DNA of 37,134 bases from Guillardia theta CCMP2712 (lineage: Eukaryota; Protista; Cryptophyta): contig NW_005434652.1 of the NCBI RefSeq assembly GCF_000315625.1, positions 48,310-85,443 of the forward strand. The letters are read 5' to 3'. Below are positions 23,165 to 31,887 of the stretch, in pieces. How positions within the stretch are numbered: the first letter of the stretch is position 1; each line of letters opens with the position of its first letter. A program made the translations under genes and the position numbers. The notes under the pieces are model-generated. The model was not told the origin of the DNA and did no database searches. It worked only from the letters and a program-made list of their open reading frames with translations.

Positions 23165-25873
23165 AACTTGTCTGAAACACCTTACAGTCCTGTCAGTCTT
23201 TACGGCTGCTCTAGGACATAATCGTCAGTCCTGTCAGTCCTTACGGCTGCTCTAGGCCCGGATATAATCGTCGTCGTCTCAGAAAGTTCCATTCTTCCAC
23301 ATTCAGAGTGACGGCTCGACGAGTGCTGGAGAGACAGAGAGAGAGAGCACCAAGCCTTCTTCTACAGGCTGCCAGTGCAGGAGTGAAAGTTGCATGATCC
23401 GTGCTTCGAAGCAGATTTATTGAGAAACTAGTTATGCAAGATTTGATGATGTGTGATGGCAACAAACTTGCACAGTGACAAACCTAGCTTGCCACATAAT
23501 CCAATGTACCTGACACACACATGCTTTTTGCACTATTGGACATGTTGTCTTTACTTGTGGATGCTCATGGTTACATGCAAACTCAACAGATCCGTCGCCT
23601 TGGAGAGTTTTACCTGAATGCAATACTGTAGGCCATCAAGTTTAAACTTTCAGCATGTCGAAAACATGGCAGTCCTCTCACTCTTATTTCCGCCATTTTA
23701 CTATGCTCAGTGTCAAATCCATCGAGCATGACATCCCCACTCACGACACACCGTCGTCGTCGTCATCATCATCATCACAGCACAGCAGCATGTCGTCAGT
23801 CAACAAAGAACAAACAAGCTCATAACGGATGCATACACATATCTTCCTCCTTCACACCAACACAACAGGTGAGATCCACTATATGGCCAAATACATGCGG
23901 CTCGTTTGCGAGTCTTTGACTCTCCTCTGCCGTGAAAGCGATGGCGATCCAGTGTTCTTTCTTGCGGTAAGAGTGCTCTCCAGACCCGACCTGGCGAGCA
24001 CAGGACTGGGTCTTCACGTAGCAGCCGATGGATCTCAGGTACCTTGCGTTCATCTGCTCTTGCCACTCGCGGAGATCCCGATCATACTTGAGCACACGAT
24101 TCTTGACGCGCATCCTTTGAATGCAGCACACGCCAGGAATGATGATGCAAGGAAAGATGAGCATGGAAGTAGTGAACTGATAGCAGGACGTCGGCTGCTT
24201 CTTCCGTACCTCCTCCAGCTCTTTGAGTACAGTATCCAAGTCGTTTCGATTCATTGCGGTCTGAAAGATCTCTTCGGGTATGGGTACGACAATGCCGCTG
24301 CCTTCCTTGGAAAACCAGCTACTAGGTTCCCAGAGGAGGTTTGCTCGGACGAGCTTGCCGTCCTTGTAGATGAGCTTGGGAGGAGGCTGCTTGACTTGAC
24401 TGGGATCCATCTCGACAGGTAGAAGGAGGGACAAGGGAACAGTCTCTCCTCCTCTTCCCGCTCCTCCCTCACCTCTTCCCGCTCCTCCTCTCCTCCGATT
24501 ATATAAAGATTATAAAACTCCCGGTACCAACTTATCATTTTTTTTCCCAAGTGGTGGTCAAATTCGAACTCGCTGGTCAAAAAACAACTGTTGTTCTCCT
24601 GGTGACGATGTTTCGATCCTGCGTTGATCGAAACTTCACAAAGATGATCATCTACATGTTACCTGCTCGAGAACTTGTCTGAAACACCTTACAGTCCTGT
24701 CAGTCTTTACGGCTGCTCTAGGACATAATCGTCAGTCCTGTCAGTCTTTACGGCTGCTCTAGGATATAATCGTCGTCGTCTCAGAAAGTTCCATTCTTCC
24801 ACATTCAGAGTGACGGCTCGACGAGTGCTAGAGAGACAGAGAGAGAGCACCAAGCCTTCTTCTACAGGCTGCCAGTGCAGGAGCGAAAGTTGCATGATCC
24901 GTGCTTCGAAGCAGATTTATCCAGAAACTAGTTATGCAAGATTTGATGAAGTGTGATGGCAACAAACTGGCACAGTGACAAACCTAGCATGCCACATAAT
25001 CGAATGTGCCGAAGTAGTCACCGTGAAACTTTAGTAAAAAGTGAGGCAAGATGAGTAAAGGAGAGAGTCAGTGTGACAAGTTCTAAGTATGAAGCATGTA
25101 ATAGTGACACAACGACAGAGAGGTTTCTGTTTCACAGAGCATCATAAATGAAGCAACCAGTCAATCAGACTTGTACATGTATGAAGATTTAGAGATTCAT
25201 CCTGGGACACGCATACAATAATGGCTATCCCGTCCCACGTGTTTGCTGTTTGGTTATCTTTAAGCAAATAAAAAATACTCGGTTTCTCTCCACCCTCCTC
25301 CTACTTCTCTCTCGCTCTTGCTCTTGCTCTTGCTCTCCCCACTCCCTCTCTCCTCTCCCTCTCCCTCATCTCTCGCTCTCGCTCTCTCCCTCGTCCCTCT
25401 CTCTCCTCTGTCTCCCTCTTAGCATTCTTCTCACTCAAGTTCCATCCACTCCCTCCTCTCCCTCATCTCCCTCCCTCCTCTCCCTCCCTCCTTCCCCTCC
25501 ACCCCTCCACCCATCCTTTTCCTCCCTCCCTCCTCTCGCTCCCTCCCTCCCTAATCTCCCTCCCTTCCCTCCCTCCATCCTTCTTCTCCATCCGTCCCTC
25601 CCTCCCTCGCTCCCCTCCCCCCTCCTTTCTCCCCTCTTCTCCCTCCCTCCATTCTCACTCTCCATGCATCGATCCCTCCTCTCGCTCCATCCATCCTTCT
25701 TCTCCCTTCTTTCTCTTCTCCCTCCATCCTCTCCTCTCCCTCCATCTCTCCATCCTCTCCCTCCCTCCCTGGCTCATCTCCATCCCCTCCTCTCCCTCCC
25801 TTTACTTTTCTGCCTTCTAATCATTTCTATTCATTTCATTGAGGCGAGCTGCTTTGCACCACTGCGCAAACTT
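23165..25873. repeat. Left copy of the ~2.6-2.7 kb direct repeat flanking the Crypton-like element
   Basis: Colinear with 29290-31854, from AACTTGTCTGAAACACC to CCACTGCGCAAACTT. Confidence 0.9.
23820..24410 (-). CDS. 196-aa protein, copy 2
   Basis: Paralogue of copy 1 with 8 amino-acid differences. Confidence 0.7.
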   Translation of the reverse strand: MDPSQVKQPPPKLIYKDGKLVRANLLWEPSSWFSKEGSGIVVPIPEEIFQTAMNRNDLDTVLKELEEVRKKQPTSCYQFTTSMLIFPCIIIPGVCCIQRMRVKNRVLKYDRDLREWQEQMNARYLRSIGCYVKTQSCARQVGSGEHSYRKKEHWIAIAFTAEESQRLANEPHVFGHIVDLTCCVGVKEEDMCMHPL

Positions 25874-26166
25874 ATTTGTATTTTAGACGGGAGGGCGCAA
25901 AAAAAAAGGGCGCGACACAAGGGTAGGGTTAATTTGTGACCAATGACCCGGTCCTTCTATACGAGTTCATGCCATGGGGTCGCACTCTACCGGGTCTGGA
26001 TGGCCATTGTAGAAGCAGAAGCGATCAGACAAGGGGAAAACTGAGCATCTTTCCTCGTCGCCATGATAATCATCAGAGTGAACAGTGCCAAGGACACAGA
26101 ATTTCACAGATTCCACCACAATCGTAAGTACCCATATCAGGGAGAACATTTGCATCCTGGCAAACA

Positions 26167-27807
26167 ATGTCGGCACCAGCTGGGCAGACATGCTGGTATG
26201 AATCCTCATGTGTTATGCGAGATCAACCTGAGGCTCAGTTGAAAGTTTGCCAGTATTGCAACAAACCCTTCCATCATCTTTGTGCTAGTACTCTGAAAGG
26301 CACAGATGATATGAACTATTGTGGGCAATGCAACCGAGGAGCCCATAACAATACCGTGACTCAAAGTAGACCTTCGAATAAACGGCGGGTCAGTGCTCGC
26401 ACTGACGAAGAATTGTTGCATGTCTTCCAGGATCGCAGGGTCATTGGTACAGGGGGACTTGATATGAACATCCAGGCATTTCGAGAATTGCAGTCAAAAG
26501 TGGTCAGTCCCAGTACGCAGAGGAACTACGCATACCGCATTCATGCTATCATAGCTTTCTTCAGGTCTCACCCACGATATCATGCAGCTCTGAATGAAAC
26601 CTTGGACGACCTCGTTTTGCCATTGCCATACGATGCATTAGTAGCATTCTTCGGTTGTTTGTCGCAAAAGGAGCGGGTCAGGGATAAGATCAAGCAATCA
26701 AAAGCGAAACGTATGAAGAAGGGCACTCACCCAAACATGCAGATCAATGGCGATCACGTGGAAGTCGATGATGAAGCCGAAGATGAAGCAGGCCCATCAC
26801 AGTCGCATGCTTCATATGAAGATGAAGATGATGATGTTGAGATGGATGATGACGTTGAAGAACAAGCAGGCACCACCAGCAATGATGTTGAATTGGTAGT
26901 GGGACCCACTGGCATTCAAGACGTGAATTTTGTAACCAGTGCAGCGGACAAACCGACAGTAGCAGTGTCTACGATACGAGGGTACAAAGGTGCGTTGAAG
27001 TACCTGTACCAATGTAGACACATGGAATTTGTAGCTAGGGACATGCCAGAAGGAGAAGCAGCAGTGTGTATAGACGAGGTGTTGGAACGTTGCATGGAGT
27101 CTTACACGAAAGTAGTTACAGAGAAGAAATCTCGAGGAGTGATGCGCATTCATGAAGGCAGAACGGGGATAAGCATGAAGGCAGAACGGAACAGCAGACT
27201 TTGCTGTACTTCCCCCCCACTTCACAACGGAAGGATTGAAGCAAATAGAAGAGATCGGCTGGGAGAGGTTCATATCAGGTTACAGCAGTTTCCCGGCAGG
27301 ATTTCAAAAGTGTATCCGCTTCTTCCTTGCAAGTATCTTACTCCAACCAATACAGAAATATTGAAAGGCGTGAAAGAGATGAGGGTTGAAGTGCGGGATG
27401 CCATCAAGGAGGAGATGAAGGTAATCGAGGAGACGATGGATGAGAAGATGAATGGAATGAAGGAAATACTGGACCAGAAGTTTGACGATCTCAAAACTGT
27501 AATGAGGGACGAACTGCGAACGAATTTAGGTTTTGTTGCTGGACGGAGGAGGGATGTACCAGGTCCCAGTGGGGGGCAAGTTGCATCTGGAAGCATGGAC
27601 TTCACAGATGCTTTCCGCATCGTCATGCAACAGATGGGTGGTCATATACGGGAGCAGGTGCAGGCCGCCGTGGGGGAAGCTATGCGACAGATGGTACTGG
27701 ATGGAGCAGGCCATGGTATGATGGCACATGGGGTGAGCAACGTGATGTCACATGCTGGCTCGAATGGAAGATTGAATGAGAGTGAATCGGAGGGGGTGCA
27801 GAAGTGA
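26167..27807 (+). CDS. Crypton-derived ORF, 546 aa: PHD-like Zn finger, integrase N-terminal (SAM-like) region, coiled coil; recombinase catalytic domain absent
   Basis: C-x5-C...CQYCNKPFHHLC...YCGQC (C4HC3); helical motifs as above; no R..HxxR..Y catalytic set visible. Confidence 0.7.
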   Translation: MSAPAGQTCWYESSCVMRDQPEAQLKVCQYCNKPFHHLCASTLKGTDDMNYCGQCNRGAHNNTVTQSRPSNKRRVSARTDEELLHVFQDRRVIGTGGLDMNIQAFRELQSKVVSPSTQRNYAYRIHAIIAFFRSHPRYHAALNETLDDLVLPLPYDALVAFFGCLSQKERVRDKIKQSKAKRMKKGTHPNMQINGDHVEVDDEAEDEAGPSQSHASYEDEDDDVEMDDDVEEQAGTTSNDVELVVGPTGIQDVNFVTSAADKPTVAVSTIRGYKGALKYLYQCRHMEFVARDMPEGEAAVCIDEVLERCMESYTKVVTEKKSRGVMRIHEGRTGISMKAERNSRLCCTSPPLHNGRIEANRRDRLGEVHIRLQQFPGRISKVYPLLPCKYLTPTNTEILKGVKEMRVEVRDAIKEEMKVIEETMDEKMNGMKEILDQKFDDLKTVMRDELRTNLGFVAGRRRDVPGPSGGQVASGSMDFTDAFRIVMQQMGGHIREQVQAAVGEAMRQMVLDGAGHGMMAHGVSNVMSHAGSNGRLNESESEGVQK

Positions 27808-28373
27808 GCAGGGAGGCGACACCGGAGAGGAACGCGGTGCTGGTTTCATCACTAGGACAGGGGGATGATGGCAACGGTGAGGTACAAGTTGGAGGGGATG
27901 ACTTCGAATGGGAAGGATGGGGGCCTGGCAGACATATGGTCCCGTTGGGTTGGCCATTTCCTTTGCGTTGCAGAGTTCGAAATATGTTCATGTGGTGGAA
28001 TTTGGGGCAAGATGTCATCGTGCAAGGACAAGTGAGGAGGATTCGGCCCTTAAAGCACCTAAGTAAGTTTCCTTTCTCCGCAGACGTGTCGAATGATGAG
28101 AACACGAGGAAGAATGTGTACAAAGCATATTATGTGATGACCATGGTGGAAGATATATGCCGAGAGCAAGGAGTACTGCAAGGAAGCGAGGTAATTATGC
28201 CTCACAACTTCTGTCAATGTTACAGAACTGGTTTCCGTACACTGGTGGAAAGGGCGTACGGAGAAGATGCATGGACGGCGATGGCACAGAGAAAGAGGTA
28301 CTCGCAATACTCATACATCACATACTACAAGCACTTGGTGGAATATCGTGCAGACATTTTCCAAAGCACGTAG
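27804..28373 (+). CDS. C-terminal Crypton domain (GCR1_C-like DNA-binding region) in a different frame; frameshift or short intron
   Basis: W-G-x-x-x-H-x-V-P-x-x-W-x-F-P ... W-W-x-x-G ... I-R-P-L-K-x-L; a 65-nt GT-AG intron at 27796-27860 would join it in frame to the upstream ORF. Confidence 0.55.
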   Translation: MSREATPERNAVLVSSLGQGDDGNGEVQVGGDDFEWEGWGPGRHMVPLGWPFPLRCRVRNMFMWWNLGQDVIVQGQVRRIRPLKHLSKFPFSADVSNDENTRKNVYKAYYVMTMVEDICREQGVLQGSEVIMPHNFCQCYRTGFRTLVERAYGEDAWTAMAQRKRYSQYSYITYYKHLVEYRADIFQST

Positions 28374-29309
28374 TGTAGAGCATGTACAGTTCGTTCCTGA
28401 ATGAAATCATTGTTGAGTTGATACATGCGTGTTAAGCCCTAATGTGGAAATGGAATGTTGGAAATGATGAGTCTCGCTACGAGGAAATAAGCGATGGCAG
28501 GTTGTGATGGTACACTCACTCAAGTTCTATGTGAGAGGATGATGAGAATGAAAGCAACAGATAATGCAGTTGATCAGGTATCATACTGCACTGCAAATCA
28601 AGGGTGTTGTGGGAATTATGACAGTAAAGGGATGCCGGATTATGCTTTGTTGGAGTTGAGGTTGTGAGATGCCGTGGTGAGTATGAGCTGCCATCTGCCA
28701 TGATGGTGATGGAGGAGATATTCGCATCAATCACTGTCTTGATGACATGCTAAACATGATCGGTGGTGTGCATATTGTCATGTACGGCATTATGGATTTT
28801 CATGCACTGGATTCATGTTATGTTCCAACAGAAACGTTGCGTGTCAACCATATTGCAAAGTATTGCATATCGTCAGGTTTGAGCAATTCTTGAAAGAGCC
28901 TTCAAGGGGTGTTACCGATTCATGATCATCAAGGCGAATGAGGTGGCTGACATGGAGGTTGAAGCTCAGGGGTTATCATGATTGGAGATATGTTACTTCT
29001 TTGGCATTGGCCACATCGTGATGCTGCATATTGATCACTGATGATAACGTTCCCACCACCATCAGTGAATTGGCTGCAAGCTGGAGTGCAAGGCTGTGAC
29101 GGATCAGTGCAAGTCCGAGACGGGATAGTCAACCCATGAGCAAAGCATGTGCGACTTGAGCACATTCGGACTTCAAAGGCAAGTCAACCTTGGATTTGAG
29201 CTGTCGTCTTGATACTTGGAGGGAAGATGGGGGAGCCTGGATTCAGAGGTCATGTGATGGGTGAGGAGGTGTTCCGACGCCCTGTCGAAAACTTGTCTGA
29301 AACACCTTA

Positions 29310-29514
29310 CAGTCCTGTCAGTCTTTACGGCTGCTCTAAGACATAATCGTCAGTCCTGTCAGTCTTTACGGCTGCTCTAGGACATAATCGTCAGTCCTGT
29401 CAGTCTTTACGGCTGCTCTAGGACATAATCGTCAGTCCTGTCAGTCATTACGGCTGCTCTAGGACATAATCGTCAGTCCTGTCAGTCATTACGGCTGCTC
29501 TAGGACATAATAGT
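29310..29514 (+). repeat. 41-bp minisatellite x5 (CAGTCCTGTCAGTCTTTACGGCTGCTCTAGGACATAATCGT)
   Basis: Units start at 29310, 29351, 29392, 29433 and 29474; about 2 units near 23185 and near 24692, 1 unit near 30904. Confidence 0.95.
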
Positions 29515-30025
29515 GGTCGTCTCAGAAAGTTCCATTCTTCCACAGAGAGAGAGCACCAAGCCTTCTTCTACAGGCTGCCAGTGCAGGAGTGAAAGTTGCA
29601 TGATCCGTGCTTCGAAGCAGATTTATTGAGAAACTAGTTATGCAAGATTTGATGATGTGTGATGGCAAAAAACTGGCACAGTGACAAACCTAGCTTGCCA
29701 CATAATCCAATGTACCTGACACACACATGCTTTTTGTACTATTGGACATGTTGTCTTTACTTGTGGATGCTCATGGTTGCATGCAAACTCAACAGATCCG
29801 TCGCCTTGGAGAGTTTTACCTGAATGCAATACTGTAGGCCATCAAGTTTAAACTTTCAGCATGTCAAAAACATGGCAGTCCTCTCACTCTTATTTCCGCC
29901 ATTTTACTATGCTCAGTGTCAAATCCATCGAGCATGACATCCCCACTCACGACACACCGTCGTCGTCGTCATCATCATCATCACAGCACAGCAGCATGTC
30001 GTCAGTCAACAAAGAACAAACAAGC

Positions 30026-30616
30026 TCATAACGGATGCATACACATATCTTCCTCCTTCACACCAACACAACAGGTGAGATCCACTATATGGCCAAATAC
30101 ATGCGGCTCGTTTGCGAGCCTTTGACTCTCCTCTGCCGTGAAAGCGATGGCGATCCAGTGTTCTTTCTTGCGGTAAGAGTGCTCTCCAGACCCGACCTGG
30201 CGAGCACAGGACTGGGTCTTCACGTAGCAGCCGATGGATCTCAGGTACCTTGCGTTCATCTGCTCTTGCCACTCGCGGAGATCCCGATCATACTTGAGCA
30301 CACGATTCTTGACGCGCATCCTTTGAATGCAGCACACGCCAGGAATGATGATGCAAGGAAAGATGAGCATGGAAGTAGTGAACTGATAGCAGGACGTCGG
30401 CTGCTTCTTCCGTACCTCCTCCAGCTCTTTGAGTACAGTATCCAAGTCGTTTCGATTCATTGCGGTCTGAAAGATCTCTTCGGGTATGGGTACGACAATG
30501 CCGCTGCCTTCCTTGGAAAACCAGCTACTAGGTTCCCAGAGGAGGTTTGCTCGGACGAGCTTGCCGTCCTTGTAGATGAGCTTGGGAGGAGGCTGCTTGA
30601 CTTGACTGGGATCCAT
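30026..30616 (-). CDS. 196-aa protein, copy 3
   Basis: Protein identical to copy 2; one synonymous change seen (AGA/AGG near 30119). Confidence 0.7.
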   Translation of the reverse strand: MDPSQVKQPPPKLIYKDGKLVRANLLWEPSSWFSKEGSGIVVPIPEEIFQTAMNRNDLDTVLKELEEVRKKQPTSCYQFTTSMLIFPCIIIPGVCCIQRMRVKNRVLKYDRDLREWQEQMNARYLRSIGCYVKTQSCARQVGSGEHSYRKKEHWIAIAFTAEESQRLANEPHVFGHIVDLTCCVGVKEEDMCMHPL

Positions 30617-31887
30617 CTCGACAGGTAGAAGGAGGGACAAGGGAACAGTCTCTCCTCCTCTTCTCTCTCCTCCCTCACCTCTTCCCGCTCCTCCCCCTCC
30701 TCTCCTCCGATTATATAAAGATTATAAAACTCCCGGTACCAACTTATCATTTTTTTTCCCAAGTGGTGGTCAAATTCGAACTCGCTGGTCAAAAAACACC
30801 TGTTGTTCTCCTGGTGACGATGTTTCGATCCTGCGTTGATCGAAACTTCACAAAGATGATCATCTACATGTTACCTGCTCGAGAACTTGTCTGAAACCCC
30901 TCACAGTCCTGTCAGTCCTTACGGCTGCTCTAGGCCCGGATATAATCGTCGTCGTCTCAGAAAGTTCCATTCTTCCACATTCAGAGTGACGGCTCGACGA
31001 GTGCTGGAGAGACAGAGAGAGAGAGCACCAAGCCTTCTTCTACAGGCTGCCAGTGCAGGAGTGAAAGTTGCATGATCCGTGCTTCGAAGCAGATTTATTG
31101 AGAAACTAGTTATGCAAGATTTGATGATGTGTGATGGCAACAAACTTGCACAGTGACAAACCTAGCTTGCCACATAATCCAATGTACCGAAGTAGTCGCC
31201 GTGAAACTTTAGTATAAAGTGAGGCAAGAGGAGTAAAGGAGAGAGTCAATGTGACAAGTTGTAAGTATGAAGCATGTAATAGTGACACAACGACAGAGAG
31301 GTTTCTGTTTCACAGAGCATCATAAATGAAGCAACCAGTCAATCAGACTTGTACATGTATGAAGATTTAGAGATCCATCCTGGAACATGCATACAACAAT
31401 GGCTATCCCGTCCCACGTGTTTGCTGTTTGGTTATCTTTAAGCAAATAAAAAATACTCGGTTTCTCTCCACCCTCCTCCTACTTCTCTCTCGCTCTTGCT
31501 CTTGCTCTCCCCACTCCCTCTCTCCTCTCCCTCTCCCTCATCTCTCGCTCTCGCTCTCTCTCCCTCTTAGCATTCTTCTCACTCAAGTTCCATCCACTCC
31601 CTCCTCTCCCTGCCTCCCTGCCTCATCTCCCTCCCTCCTCCTCTCCCTCCATCCTCTCCCTCCCTCCTCTCCCTTCCTCCTCCTCTCCCTCCTTTCTCCC
31701 CTCCCTCCCTCTCTTTGCTGAGCGTACAGCCCCCGGCGGCCCCGTTTCTTCTATCCTAAGTTTACAGATTGAATTACTATGATTACTTTTCTGCCTTCTA
31801 ATCATTTCTATTCATTTCAGTGAGGCGAGCTGCTTTGCACCACTGCGCAAACTTTTATAATCAGCAGTAATGCAGGAGTGATCGACG

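Larger units (their letters stand above)
22014..25010. repeat. Tandem duplication with 1507-bp period (22014-23510 and 23521-25010), joined by the 10-bp filler TGACACACAC
   Basis: Near-identical sequence at offset 1507; the filler 23511-23520 matches neither original flank. Confidence 0.93.
25874..29294 (+). mobile_element. Internally deleted, non-autonomous Crypton-like DNA transposon (CryptonS-like protein motifs), about 3.4 kb
   Basis: Unique sequence between the duplicated host segments. Encodes STQRNY..., STIRGYKGALKYLY, YTKVVTEKKSRGVMRIHEGR, out-of-frame FAVLPPHF...FLASIL, and WGPGRHMVPLGWPFP...MWWNLG...IRPLKHL, all recalled from stramenopile Crypton proteins. AAACTT occurs at both junctions; no long TIR or LTR. 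Confidence 0.72.
29290..31854. repeat. Right copy of the direct repeat flanking the Crypton-like element
   Basis: Colinear with 23165-25873; differs in minisatellite number, one short deletion near 29540, SNPs and the CT-rich tract. Confidence 0.9.

Noticed and set aside
29310-29514. 41-bp repeats as a CRISPR array
   Set aside because: Units are contiguous with no unique spacers, there are no cas genes, and the context is eukaryotic
22322-30628. 197-aa plus-strand ORFs overlapping each copy of the triplicated gene
   Set aside because: Exact antisense shadows of the minus-strand gene; the TATA-like tract and protein-like composition favour the minus strand
23165-31854. Flanking direct repeats as LTRs of a retrotransposon
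   Set aside because: No TG..CA ends, primer-binding site, gag, RT or DDE integrase; the repeats contain a host gene and an older tandem junction
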